64,000 bases of DNA. Source: a virus. The position numbers and the translations under genes were made by a program. Within the stretch, counting starts at the first letter, position 1. Each line of letters begins with the position of its first letter. The notes below the pieces were generated by a model. That model had not been told where the DNA came from and made no database searches. It saw only the letters and a list, made by a program, of their open reading frames with translations. Of the stretch, positions 30,029 to 40,321 are shown piece after piece. Location of the stretch: IMG/VR virus record IMGVR_UViG_3300035698_015907; one strand, 5' to 3'.

Positions 30029-30412
30029 ATGAAAATCAAAGTTATTCTAACTCAAGATTTTTATCAACACGACTATGATGATTATGACAGTAATAGGATT
30101 ATTACATCTGGTATTACTGAGTGGGAAGAAGTAACTCCAAAAGAATTTGAGTTTCTTAGACAGAATATTAAAAAAATTAATGTTAACGATCAAAATGCAA
30201 TAATAGTTCAGCAGGATGATATTCCTGTAATTAGACGTATTGCAGATATTAAAGAATATATTAAAAAAGAAGTTGCAGCAGAAGAAGCTCGGCGAGAAAA
30301 AGAAAAGAAGATTGCTGAAGATAAAAAAACAGCGTGGCTTCTAAAAAAGAAAACAAAGATTGAAGCAGATGAACTTTTGTTGCTGAAAACTTTGCAAGAA
30401 AAATATAAATAA
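30029..30412 (+). CDS. hypothetical coiled-coil protein (true start 30029)
   Basis: MKIKVILTQ..SGITEWEEV; upstream part of the track ORF lies in the ncRNA. Confidence 0.65.
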   Translation: MKIKVILTQDFYQHDYDDYDSNRIITSGITEWEEVTPKEFEFLRQNIKKINVNDQNAIIVQQDDIPVIRRIADIKEYIKKEVAAEEARREKEKKIAEDKKTAWLLKKKTKIEADELLLLKTLQEKYK

Positions 30413-30418
30413 CATCAA

Positions 30419-30504
30419 GGAAAGTGAAACGGGGAGGTCTCCGTACCTGTTTGCTAAACAACGTGCTCTAATAGAGTGGGCTTCGATTGCTCCGCTTTCC
30501 GCCA
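30419..30504 (+). tRNA. tRNA-Ser(GCT)
   Basis: type II, G73 CCA. Confidence 0.8.
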
Positions 30505-30511
30505 GTTTTAT

Positions 30512-30601
30512 GGGATACTTACAGCAAAATTTACATTAGCAATGGTAGCTAATCTGTCTTTAAAACAGATGATTCGGTTCAGATCCGACAAGTGTATCCC
30601 G
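30512..30601 (+). ncRNA. UUACAGCA stem RNA 4 with D-, anticodon(TTA)- and T-like arms
   Basis: GGGATAC-TTACAGCAAAATTTA, TTAGC-AATGGTA-GCTAA, TCTGT-CTTTAAA-ACAGA, TCGG-TTCAGAT-CCGA, GTATCCC-G. Confidence 0.75.
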
Positions 30602-30731
30602 CTTTAATTTAAAAGGTTTTTAGAATGTGTGCTGCTTCTTATATTGGTGATTATTTTCAGAAAGGTTTTGAGAATAATTATCCAGATACTTGGAAATATA
30701 TCTATGATCAGCAACCAACACCAAAATAGAT

Positions 30732-30929
30732 TTGAGTAATTTTGTTACTAAAGAAGAATTCAATAAGCTCAAAACAGATATTGAAGAACTTAAAATTCTT
30801 CTAAAAGCAGCTATAAGATATGATGAGAAAACAAATCAACCTCATTGTGAACACGAAGATAAGGTTACTTTAATTAAAAGACTTGCTGAAGCTGTTGGTG
30901 TAGATCTTTCGGATCTTGATTTGAACTAA
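30732..30929 (+). CDS. hypothetical protein
   Basis: LLKAAIRYDEKTNQPHCE. Confidence 0.65.
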   Translation: MSNFVTKEEFNKLKTDIEELKILLKAAIRYDEKTNQPHCEHEDKVTLIKRLAEAVGVDLSDLDLN

Positions 30930-30934
30930 TATAT

Positions 30935-31008
30935 CACCCGGTGGCAGAAAATTGATGTATCCGCCTGCAAAGCGGAGGAAGTCGGAGAGTTACCGACCCG
31001 GGTGTCCA
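30935..31008 (+). tRNA. tRNA-Cys(GCA)
   Basis: loop CTGCAAA, U73 CCA; divergent T-loop. Confidence 0.8.
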
Positions 31009-31101
31009 TCACAGTAAGAAGAAATAAGGCCCTGCGGGGCCTTTTTATTGACATATGAATTCAGTTATGATATTATATTGATATAATATGGTGAGATTGA
31101 T

Positions 31102-31395
31102 ATGGCACTAGATGATGTAGTGTTTCTACAAGTTGTTCTGGGTCCAGAAACAATTAAGAAATATTCAGATTGGATGCAGAAGTGTATTGCTGATGATTTA
31201 GAACATCAAAAGAAAAACATCAAAGATCCAGATGAAACTTATCTTATGTCGTGGGAAGCTGGATTTCCCTATCATGGTGCAATAGGCGGAGGTGTTACAA
31301 TAGAAGTTTCTGAGACTAGTATTGGACAAGTAGTTCGTGCTAATTATACACCCTTAGATAGAAACATTGATCTCACGGAGTATGACTTATGGTAA
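31102..31395 (+). CDS. hypothetical protein
   Basis: GAIGGG..TSIG..DLTEYDLW. Confidence 0.65.
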   Translation: MALDDVVFLQVVLGPETIKKYSDWMQKCIADDLEHQKKNIKDPDETYLMSWEAGFPYHGAIGGGVTIEVSETSIGQVVRANYTPLDRNIDLTEYDLW

Positions 31396-31664
31396 ATAAA
31401 GATACTATGGTAGAGTTTCTCAAAAACAATAAATATGTTAGAGTGGAATTCACCAAAGTTGATGGCTCAAAGAGAATTATGCTTTGCACTATCAATTCAG
31501 ATGAATTGATCAAAATCGCATATACAATTCCTATTAAGCTAGGAACTGAAGATAAATTGAAAGAAGACACTAGCGATAGAATTGTAGTTTGGGATACTGA
31601 AAAGGATGGGTGGCGTTCTTTTCTTGTTGCTAATGTTGAAAAATTTGAGGCAATCAATATCTAG
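31389..31664 (+). CDS. WYL_2/SH3-like protein (T4-like DUF2693)
   Basis: VEFTKVDGSKRIMLCT...VWDTEKDGWRSF. Confidence 0.75.
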   Translation: MVNKDTMVEFLKNNKYVRVEFTKVDGSKRIMLCTINSDELIKIAYTIPIKLGTEDKLKEDTSDRIVVWDTEKDGWRSFLVANVEKFEAINI

Positions 31665-31876
31665 ATGAGAGCTGAAATACCAGAAGATAAAGTAATGGCA
31701 GCCGAAATGGCATTTAGAATCTCAGAACCACATGGTGATGAAAATTCTTTTGCTGTTGCTTTAGGGAAAGGAAAGAAATTTAGAAGAGCGGGTCTTCGCC
31801 CATTCTATATCTTTGATGATGAGCAGATGCAAATCATTGTTACATCCAAAGAGAATATGGAGAACATTCTACATTA

Positions 31877-32446
31877 ATGTCATCTAAAATTCGTTTCTAT
31901 TATGGAAGCATGGGTTGTGGAAAATCAACATATGCAATGCAGATGTGTCACATGTTAACAGCATCTGATTTTGATGCAACACTTCTTAAATCATCTTTTG
32001 ACACGAGAGATGAAAATGTTATAAGATCACGAATTGGCTTTGAAGCTAATTGTATTTCAATAGATGCTAATACTAATGTTTATGATGTGGTTAACATCTA
32101 TAAAGTAACTCATATTATAGTAGATGAAGCACAGTTTTTATCTACTAAAAATATAACTTCATTAATAAAATGTGCTGATGAATACAACATGGAAATTAAT
32201 TTATTCGGTTTAAGAACTGCTTATACTGGAAAATTATTTGATGCTTCTGCAGAAATTATGGCTGTAGCTGATGAACTTATTGAACTCCCTTTGATATACA
32301 AAGATGGCGAAAAAGCTATAATGCATATTAGAAAAGTTGGAGGGACTGAAGTTTATAGCGGCAAAGATGAATTTGTCGGTGATATAGATGAAGAATATGA
32401 ATCAGTATCTAGAAGAGAATATTTTTCCAGAAGATATTCTAATTGA
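31877..32446 (+). CDS. tdk: thymidine kinase
   Basis: YGSMGCGKST, SRIG, IVDEAQFL, FGLRT. Confidence 0.92.
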   Translation: MSSKIRFYYGSMGCGKSTYAMQMCHMLTASDFDATLLKSSFDTRDENVIRSRIGFEANCISIDANTNVYDVVNIYKVTHIIVDEAQFLSTKNITSLIKCADEYNMEINLFGLRTAYTGKLFDASAEIMAVADELIELPLIYKDGEKAIMHIRKVGGTEVYSGKDEFVGDIDEEYESVSRREYFSRRYSN

Positions 32447-32451
32447 ATTAA

Positions 32452-32523
32452 TCCCCGTTGCTCTGGTGGGTAAGTAGGCCTTTGACCCCTACCGGCTTGG
32501 TTCGAATCCAAGGCGGGGATCCA
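32452..32523 (+). tRNA. tRNA-Gln(TTG)
   Basis: U1:A72, loop CTTTGAC, CCA. Confidence 0.8.
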
Positions 32524-32539
32524 CCTACAGGATGATAAA

Positions 32540-33049
32540 GTGAACAAACTATTCGTTTTCATACGCAGTGATTTAGAGTCTATGTCAGTTGGTAAAGCGT
32601 GCGCTCAAGTTGCTCATGCTGCTAGCATGGTATCTCATGTTTATTTTAGCATTGATGTTTTAGAAGAATATTATTCTTGGTCCGAATCTGCTCATGATTA
32701 TGCAAAAAGCATAGACAAAGAAAACAAACTTCTGCCATCATATCTTGGCTTTGGTACTACGGTCGTTTTAGATGGAAAGAATTTAGATCCTTATACTATT
32801 GTTGCTGCCCGACCAGAATTTAAGAATAAATTCCCCGAAACAATCGAAGAATCAATTGAATCATTAGGTCAAGCTTCTGGTGTCGTTAGAGACCCTACAT
32901 ATCCATTAAGAGATGGTGATGTGGTTCATAGTATAGATATTCCTACATGTTTCTGGGTTTTTGGTGATCCTTCTTCAGATTTTGAACTTTATGCATTTCT
33001 CAGAAAGTTTTCATTATATAATGGTAACGAGATAAGCTCTAATAAATAA
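32540..33049 (+). CDS. peptidyl-tRNA hydrolase, Pth2 type
   Basis: RSDLESMSVGKACAQVAHAA, TVVL, VRD..PTC. Confidence 0.75.
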   Translation: MNKLFVFIRSDLESMSVGKACAQVAHAASMVSHVYFSIDVLEEYYSWSESAHDYAKSIDKENKLLPSYLGFGTTVVLDGKNLDPYTIVAARPEFKNKFPETIEESIESLGQASGVVRDPTYPLRDGDVVHSIDIPTCFWVFGDPSSDFELYAFLRKFSLYNGNEISSNK

Positions 33050-33054
33050 AAGAA

Positions 33055-33130
33055 GCTTCCTAGGTGAATAAGGATGTCACACCCGTTTCGTAATCGGGAG
33101 GACTCGGTTCAATTCCGAGAGGGAGCACCA
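33055..33130 (+). tRNA. tRNA-Thr(CGT)
   Basis: cloverleaf, CCA. Confidence 0.85.
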
Positions 33131-33156
33131 TTTTATATTATGGAGTAGAAAATAAA

Positions 33157-33750
33157 ATGCTAAGGGCAGTATTTGCAGTAATCATATTATTAGCTTCGGT
33201 GATTTCGGCATTTATTGCCATCGGTTCAGTCAATCAAATAAAAGCAGCAGAAATTTCTACAATAGATGATAGTATTATCATCGAAGGTTTTTTTGTACCT
33301 GAAGATTTTGATAATTTTATAGAAGAAATAAAAAAAGAAGAATTTAATAGTGTAACTAAAGTTATATTAAAAGATTCTTTAGGTGGTGATTTTTATACTT
33401 CTGTTCGTATCGGCTTATCCATAAAAATACTTGAACTTGATACTCAAACAGAAGGCTTGTGTTATTCAGCTTGTGCATATACGTGGTTGTCTGGAAATAC
33501 ACGCTATTATGATCCTTTTTCTACTATTGGAATACATATGCCTGCGGGTGTAAACGATGAAACAGATGAAGATTATGCAGCTAGTTCTGAAATAGCAACA
33601 CTAATGGTGGTTTGGTATCTAACCAAAGTAGATGTTCCTCTTCCTGCAATAGAAATTTTTGTTGAAGTAGATAATAGAAAAATTTTGTATTTCAATAAAA
33701 CATTTCTTTTTATGCTAAATATAGAAGCTGAAGAAATAACGGATTATTAA
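33157..33750 (+). CDS. exported ClpP/crotonase-fold protein (COG3904-like)
   Basis: signal anchor; DSLGG, CYSAC, IGIH. Confidence 0.6.
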   Translation: MLRAVFAVIILLASVISAFIAIGSVNQIKAAEISTIDDSIIIEGFFVPEDFDNFIEEIKKEEFNSVTKVILKDSLGGDFYTSVRIGLSIKILELDTQTEGLCYSACAYTWLSGNTRYYDPFSTIGIHMPAGVNDETDEDYAASSEIATLMVVWYLTKVDVPLPAIEIFVEVDNRKILYFNKTFLFMLNIEAEEITDY

Positions 33751-34317
33751 TTATGGAAGATGCATATTATTATAAATTAGCATCCATAGCAGCAGATTTG
33801 CAGTGGATGTCTAAAGAGCTTAAATCTAATAATTTTGAAAAGCTTTTTACTTCCGAAGGAACAAGAAAGAAAGCAAGAACTCTTTTAGGAGAAATCGGAA
33901 GAGATGCTAAATATATTCAATCTAAGGCCGGTGAAGAATTTCACACAGAATTTGAAACACAGAATTCACAGCCGCCAATTAAAGGATGATATATCTAAAC
34001 GTTTAGCTAATGAAAAGATTAATCCTCTAGATTTAGAAACTGAAAGCTCTATAATTGATATTCTAGTAGAGAATAATAAACCGAATAAATGGGCTAAATT
34101 TGATTTCAATCCAGCTGAAAATTTAGCAGATTGTGTTGAACTAGTAGAAACCGCATTCCCACAAGAAATTTGGTCCGTCGATCGTGAGATCGACGGATTT
34201 TATGTTGCGTATGTAGCTAATGATAGCTATAGTGTTGTGAGTTTCAGCTCGTCAAGAGCTCTGATTTGGGCTGCATGGAATGCATATAGAATATCTAATG
34301 ATTCAGGTACTGAATAA

Positions 34318-34674
34318 TTAATCTACATTTTCCCAGCGGTTTGTAGTTGAATTAAAAACTCTTTTCGTTGTATTGCTATTTGACTTATTAAAGAAATTAG
34401 GAAGTTTTATTCCTGTACCACCAGTAGTAACTGGTTCTTTCCATTTTTCAGCAGCTTTTCTTCCTCCTATCAGAGCAGCTGTTATTATACCGAGAGTTAT
34501 GACTCCAACTCCGGCAGCTGCAGGCCAGCCTCCAATCTTAGTTATGAAAGAATAGATATTCCAACACACACCAAAAACGATTAGAGCTACACCTACTACT
34601 ATAGCGATTTGAAGCCAAAAAGGAACTAACCCCCAGAAGCATTCAGCTGAAAGATTGAATACGCAAGCTAACAT
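34318..34674 (-). CDS. membrane protein downstream of endolysin (lysis accessory?)
   Basis: two TM segments; co-oriented with endolysin. Confidence 0.5.
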   Translation of the reverse strand: MLACVFNLSAECFWGLVPFWLQIAIVVGVALIVFGVCWNIYSFITKIGGWPAAAGVGVITLGIITAALIGGRKAAEKWKEPVTTGGTGIKLPNFFNKSNSNTTKRVFNSTTNRWENVD

Positions 34675-35573
34675 TATAATATACCCTCAATTGAATTAGT
34701 TCCCTTTAGCCTTTCTCTTATGATCCAGAACGCAAATCCTGCAACAATAAGTATTAGCAGAATTTGAACTGCAAGTGGTAAGGAACCTAACACACCAACA
34801 ATAGATGCTACAAGTGCACCTAGTGCAGACCATATTGTAGTTGAATTCATAGCGCCTTTGTTTTCTTTCTGGGGAGCAGGATTCATGATAAGAACTTCTT
34901 CATTCTCGTCTGAATTCTTTTTGGCTACTAAATCACCGGGCGCTGGAATAACACCTTCAGAATTTCTTAGTGCAGTTTCGAATTTAAGAGCGTAGTCAGC
35001 TATTACTTTTGATTTATCAACACCATTTACTATTTTTCTAGCTGCAGCGTATTCTTTAGCATCTTCAGCGTCTGATTCATCTACGCCATCTAGATAATCT
35101 GGAAGTTTCTTTCCAGTAAACATGCCTTTTAGCATGCCTTCATATATGATTTGAGCTGCAATATCTGGATCTAGCGCTAGGCTCGGATTCTTAACAAGAT
35201 CAAGCTTGAGCCACTCACCCATTTTCTTATAGTTGTATTCATGGGTTAGCTGAACAAATCCTCTACCAAAGAAACCAGTTTTCCAGTAAGGAGTCTTTAC
35301 CCAAGTCAACTGGCCTTTGCTCCAAGCGCTATTTAAACGAGCAATAGCCTGAGCATCTGTGTCTGCGAATGTCTCTCTTACCGGTTCCATAGTTGCGCCA
35401 GTTTCATGCCATGCAGTTGCTAGAACGTAAGAAATCCATTCAGTATTAAAATTTCTTCTTTCGCCTTCTGTAATAAGAAGTTCTATTCCATCAACTTGTC
35501 CTTGACCAAGTCTACCCCCAACGGCAAGCTTAGATCTAATAATATCGAATAATTTTTTTCGATCGTAAAACAA
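34674..35573 (-). CDS. GH19-like endolysin with C-terminal TM helices
   Basis: YVLATAWHET, FFGRGFVQLTH..NY, ARKIVNG.D; late promoter upstream. Confidence 0.88.
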   Translation of the reverse strand: MFYDRKKLFDIIRSKLAVGGRLGQGQVDGIELLITEGERRNFNTEWISYVLATAWHETGATMEPVRETFADTDAQAIARLNSAWSKGQLTWVKTPYWKTGFFGRGFVQLTHEYNYKKMGEWLKLDLVKNPSLALDPDIAAQIIYEGMLKGMFTGKKLPDYLDGVDESDAEDAKEYAAARKIVNGVDKSKVIADYALKFETALRNSEGVIPAPGDLVAKKNSDENEEVLIMNPAPQKENKGAMNSTTIWSALGALVASIVGVLGSLPLAVQILLILIVAGFAFWIIRERLKGTNSIEGIL

Positions 35574-35598
35574 TTTGTATCTCCTCCTAATTATATTC

Positions 35599-35606
35599 TA
35601 TTTATA
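35599..35606 (-). promoter_or_regulatory. T4-type late promoter TATAAATA
   Basis: exact match upstream of endolysin. Confidence 0.75.
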
Positions 35607-35664
35607 TTTTAGTCGTGTACAACTGTATTAATTTGTGGTATTATATAAGAAAAGGAGATTGTTC

Positions 35665-36276
35665 ATGGAGCAGCTGCTAAAAAAGCTCTATCTTGAATAT
35701 AAACCATGGAATTGCGATCATAATTCTGTTGAATTATCTGCTGTATCCTATTTTTCTGCTACAGCTCATAAAGGCCAATTTTATGGAAGCAAAGATTATT
35801 TCACTGAACATGTGTATGAAGTATACAAAAAGACTCGTGACATAACAAACGATCCTATTTCGTGTGCTGTAGCTTTGCTTCATGATGTTATTGAAGATAC
35901 TCCAATTAAACTTGAAGATATTAATAATGAGTTTGGTTCAGAAGTAGCATTGCTTACTCATTTGTGCACTGATCCTGTTGGCAGCAGCAGAAAAAATAGA
36001 AAAAAAGCTCTTTATGATTTGTATGATGAATACATTTTCATCGATCCAGTTCTTACGATAAGAGCCGCAACAGTTAAATGTATAGATCGTATTAAAAATC
36101 AAGAATATGGAATTTCAAACAATAATATTTCAAAAATGGAAATGTATGTAAAAGAATTTCCAGAATTCATGCGTAGAATTGGTCATCTTGTTAATAATTC
36201 TTATGATGGCGTCATATGGAATGAATTGTTTGAACAGAATAAAAAAATGATAGAAAGAGCGGTTATATACAAATGA
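35665..36276 (+). CDS. HD-domain hydrolase, RelA/SpoT (Mesh1)-like
   Basis: AHKGQ..Y..H, ALLHDVIEDT, VKCIDR..N. Confidence 0.85.
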   Translation: MEQLLKKLYLEYKPWNCDHNSVELSAVSYFSATAHKGQFYGSKDYFTEHVYEVYKKTRDITNDPISCAVALLHDVIEDTPIKLEDINNEFGSEVALLTHLCTDPVGSSRKNRKKALYDLYDEYIFIDPVLTIRAATVKCIDRIKNQEYGISNNNISKMEMYVKEFPEFMRRIGHLVNNSYDGVIWNELFEQNKKMIERAVIYK

Positions 36277-36772
36277 AAGAGCTAAAAGGTAATATCATAA
36301 ACACAGAGCTGAAACATATTTTTCATGGCGCTAATTGCAAAGGTGTGATGGGAGCTGGAGTAGCACTTGCACTGAAAAATAATTATGATGGTCTTTTTGA
36401 AGAATATAAAAATATGTAGATAGCTTTGAATTTGATTCAGAACTTGTGGGCACATCAGTAAGTTATGAACACAAAGAAACAGGAAAATATATTCATAATC
36501 TATTTACTCAGTATAATGTAGGATATGGCAAAAATGCTAGATACAATTATCTAGTAACTGCTGTTATACAAGCATGCCAGGAAATTACGCAGGTTATAGA
36601 GCCACTTAAAAGAGCTAGAAGCCCGATAGAAAAAGCTGGGATGGACCGGATTAAAATTGCAATTCCACGTATTGGTGCTGGTCTTGGTGGTTTAGAATGG
36701 TATATTGTTAGAGAACTCTTAGTTGAACTTGAAGAAAGACTGCTTGTAGAATTCTAGGTGTATACACTTTGA
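36273..36772 (+). pseudogene. Macro domain (Appr-1''-p processing) gene, frameshifted, with TAG near the 3' end
   Basis: HGANCKGVMGAGVA in frame 1; shift at A5 run 36408-12; NLFTQ..PRIGAGLGGLEW..VEF*VYTL in frame 2. Confidence 0.8.
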
Positions 36773-37189
36773 TCGTAAGACTAGAAAAATTTATTAGTTG
36801 ACATTGAAAATTTAATGTGATATATTAATAATGATTGTGGCATGATGCCACAGTTTGAAAAAGAGCAATCATGAAACTTTTGTTTAGTATTGTAGCAGCG
36901 GCTACCATGCTTTTTTCTTCACTTGCATTTGCACAGACCGCAGTAAGCAGCGTTTGATTGCTACGATCGATCGTGTTGATCCGATTAGTGATGAAGACCT
37001 ACGTCCCAATATTTCTTCTTGGGCTGACATGTGGGATAGTCTTAAGTCTGTAACTGGCTCGAAAGCTGTTGAAATGATGGAAGCATCTAAGGCAGCTCTT
37101 GATGATGTTTTGGATGAAGCTACCAAATAAGTCTAGGATGTAGGAGGGGACGCGTCCCCTCCTACTATTCATTATGAAATGGGTGTAAT

Positions 37190-37582
37190 ATGAAATTCTT
37201 TCTCATTAAATGGATTACAGTTATAGTATTTTTCATTGCTACATTTTGGCCAGAATATGGTCTTATGTTTCAGGCGATCAAATACTTCCCTGTTAATCCA
37301 GTTCTTGTTTTAGCAATGGTTATGATTTGGGCAATTCCAGCAGCACTGTTTTTGCCACTTAGCAGATTTTATTTCCAGATGTTTACAACAATATCATTTG
37401 TTGGACTGTTCGGAACTTTGACATGGATGGTATATCCTAATGTAGATTTTATTCTTTCGAATGTCTACATTTATCTTATTGTTCTAGCTGCTGTTATAAT
37501 TGGTTGGTGGACTGTTTCTACTACAGTATGGCGCAGAATGCGTAATATTGTTGCTGTTGATGAAGGCGATGATCCAGACTGA
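37190..37582 (+). CDS. multi-TM membrane protein
   Basis: hydrophobic 130 aa. Confidence 0.6.
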   Translation: MKFFLIKWITVIVFFIATFWPEYGLMFQAIKYFPVNPVLVLAMVMIWAIPAALFLPLSRFYFQMFTTISFVGLFGTLTWMVYPNVDFILSNVYIYLIVLAAVIIGWWTVSTTVWRRMRNIVAVDEGDDPD

Positions 37583-38085
37583 TGCGTATTTTTCTAGATT
37601 CAGATGGCGTTGTAGCAGACTTCGATAAGTCTGCTCGCGCTATTTTAGGAGAAGATCCTAAAGCATTCGAAACGCTAAATGGCGCTAGTAAATTTTGGGA
37701 GATATTAGAATCTGCGGATAGATTTTATTACAATCTCGAAATAATGCCAGATGCTATGAAACTCATAAACTATCTGATGCCAGTGAATCCAACGATATTA
37801 TCAGGTGTACCTAACAATATGCCTGAAGCGCATTATGATAAGCATCAGTGGTACAAAGACAAGCTAAACAATCTATTTCCTGTTATTACATGTCAAAGTA
37901 AAGATAAATTCAGATATTGTACATACGGAGATATTCTGATTGATGATACTTTGAAATATCGTCAGCACTGGGAAGATATGGGTGGAACTTTTGTTCATCA
38001 TACTTCTGCAGAGAATACAATTAGAACTTTGCGTTCTAATATACCGTTTCTTATTAAATTAAATTGGAGAATTTTAACGGATTAA
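37582..38085 (+). CDS. 5'(3')-deoxyribonucleotidase (HAD)
   Basis: IFLDSDGVVADF, ILIDD, W...GG. Confidence 0.85.
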   Translation: MRIFLDSDGVVADFDKSARAILGEDPKAFETLNGASKFWEILESADRFYYNLEIMPDAMKLINYLMPVNPTILSGVPNNMPEAHYDKHQWYKDKLNNLFPVITCQSKDKFRYCTYGDILIDDTLKYRQHWEDMGGTFVHHTSAENTIRTLRSNIPFLIKLNWRILTD

Positions 38086-38538
38086 TATGAAGTTCATTTG
38101 GTATCTTTTCAAGAGTACATTTATTACTGGATCAGTAATAATCGGGGCAATTTTCTTAGCTTCATTGTTTTTTGCACTAACTTGCAGATCTGGTGATTCT
38201 GGTTGTGGAATAATAGCAATTGGTGTACCATATGCTCTCTTTATGTATCAATGGATTGTTTGGATTGCTGCTGCTTTATGGACGCTGTTCAAATATATCA
38301 TTGCTAATCGATTTGGAAATTTTTTATAAATGGATGCAAAAGAAGGTGATACTGTTAGATGGATTTCGTCAATAGATAAAATTGAAAGAATTGGCTTGGT
38401 TGTAAGAAAACTTCCTTGCAAAAGTAAAAGAGAGCCACGACCATCGAAGCATTGGTATTCTATTGTTAAATCTACTACGCCTATTATAAGCTTAGAATTA
38501 GCACCGAGTTCTGCAATTAAAGAGATAATTGAAGCAAG

Positions 38539-39012
38539 TTGACTGTAATAGCATATAGAAATGGTATAATAGCTTCTGATAGTCTTATGGCTGATACTAA
38601 TAGTGGTAGTGTACATTTCACCACTGAAAAATTATTCAGAATGGCTAATGGGGAAGTTATAGGTTGCGCTGGAGATATAAGAGAGTATACTAGATTTATT
38701 GAATGGTATGAAAGTGGCGAATTCATCGACTCTTGGGAACCTCATGAAGAAGATACGTTTGAAGCCATATGTGCGTACTCAAATGGTTGTATTCATTATT
38801 TTGACAATTCAACGAGAGCAATAGAAATAAAAAATGATTACATAGCAATTGGTATTGCAGCAGATGTTGCAATGGGTGCTATGTATATGGGAGCTGATGC
38901 AGACATTGCAGTTAAAGCAGCTTGTGAATTGAATGTGTGGTGTCGGCTGCCGATTAGAATAGAAAAAATATCAAAAGAGGAATCAAATAATGACTTTAGT
39001 ACAACATCCTAA
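38539..39012 (+). CDS. HslV/proteasome-type Ntn hydrolase
   Basis: N-terminal (M)TVIAY..ASDS, GCAG, AIG..A.GAM..GA. Confidence 0.75.
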   Translation: MTVIAYRNGIIASDSLMADTNSGSVHFTTEKLFRMANGEVIGCAGDIREYTRFIEWYESGEFIDSWEPHEEDTFEAICAYSNGCIHYFDNSTRAIEIKNDYIAIGIAADVAMGAMYMGADADIAVKAACELNVWCRLPIRIEKISKEESNNDFSTTS

Positions 39013-40165
39013 ACTTTACAAAAAAGACGATCATGAAAATGTTAGAGTGTGGTGGGTAGAAACTGATGAAGATCAGTATCGAGTAGTGTATGGTGTACTC
39101 GATGGTAAAATGGTTGATTCTGATTGGAAGACTGCGGTACCTAAGAATGTTGGTAAAGTGAATGGAACTACAGGAATATCTCAGGCTATTTCTGAAAAGG
39201 ATTCTCTTTATAAAAAGCAGCTGAAGCAGGGTAAGTATCACGAATCCATCGATGATGTTGATGAGGATGGATACTTTGAACCTATGCTCGCTACAGTGTG
39301 GACTAATTCTAAAAAGAAGCCCATTGGTAAAAAAATTCTAGAAGATGCATTTGAATCTAAAAATTATAGAATTTTTGTTCAGCCAAAATTAGATGGTATT
39401 CGTAATATTACTACATCTAGCGAGATGAGATCACGCAATGGAGAAAAGAGAGTATCATGTCCGCACATTCATAATGCTCTTGCTGATTTCTTTGTACAGC
39501 ATCCTGATGTTATTCTTGATGGAGAATTGTACAATCATGAATACCATGATAATTTCAATCAGATACAATCTCACGTTCTAAAAACTAAGCCTGGTCTTAT
39601 TGATCTTGCCGAGACCGCTAAAAATATCAAATATTATGTTTATGATGCATATATTCTAAGTCTGCCTACAGTTCCATATAACCAGCGTAACATATTAATT
39701 AATGAACTTGTTGGTACTCCCGGTATTGAAGTAGTAAAAACTCATGAAGTTCTTAGTATGGAAGAACTCGATGAAATTTACGGAGAAATTCTAAACCAGA
39801 ATTATGAAGGAATGGTTGCTAGAATTAATGGTTCATATGAACCCGGTAAGCGTTCTAAGCTCCTCATAAAGCGCAAAGAATTCTTTGATGAAGAATTTGA
39901 AATTGTTGATATTATGGAAGGTACTGGCAATTGGAACGGAAAAGCTAAATCTGTGAAGTTTAAACTTCCAGATCGTGATCTACCTTATGATAAATTGCCT
40001 GAATCTGGTATTAGAGGTGATGAAGCAGAAATGTCTGAGCTCCTAAGAAATAAAGGCAAGTATATTGGCGGTGATGTTACTGTTAGATACCCCAATAAAA
40101 CTCCTGATGGGAAGCCGCGGTTTGGTGTTGCAATCGCTTTTTATGAAGGTAAAAGAAAGTCTTAA
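38990..40165 (+). CDS. ATP-dependent DNA ligase
   Basis: PMLA, QPKLDGIR, LDGELY, YEGMV, KRS..L.KRK, PRF. Confidence 0.92.
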   Translation: MTLVQHPKLYKKDDHENVRVWWVETDEDQYRVVYGVLDGKMVDSDWKTAVPKNVGKVNGTTGISQAISEKDSLYKKQLKQGKYHESIDDVDEDGYFEPMLATVWTNSKKKPIGKKILEDAFESKNYRIFVQPKLDGIRNITTSSEMRSRNGEKRVSCPHIHNALADFFVQHPDVILDGELYNHEYHDNFNQIQSHVLKTKPGLIDLAETAKNIKYYVYDAYILSLPTVPYNQRNILINELVGTPGIEVVKTHEVLSMEELDEIYGEILNQNYEGMVARINGSYEPGKRSKLLIKRKEFFDEEFEIVDIMEGTGNWNGKAKSVKFKLPDRDLPYDKLPESGIRGDEAEMSELLRNKGKYIGGDVTVRYPNKTPDGKPRFGVAIAFYEGKRKS

Positions 40166-40321
40166 TGCTTTGGAGAATCCCTCACACAGTTAAAAATGTT
40201 GAGAATAATATCTCGTCATTTGTAAAATGGATTGTGAAGAAAATAAAAAACTTCAAACACAATAGCTAGGTTGACAGCCTAATATTTTTGTGGTATAATA
40301 TAAAAATGATGGAGGTCATTT

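Noticed and set aside
31662-31667. TAG-ATG in-frame fusion of ORFs 31389 and 31665 by amber read-through
   Set aside because: The upstream WYL_2-like domain is complete at the TAG; simple gene adjacency explains it.
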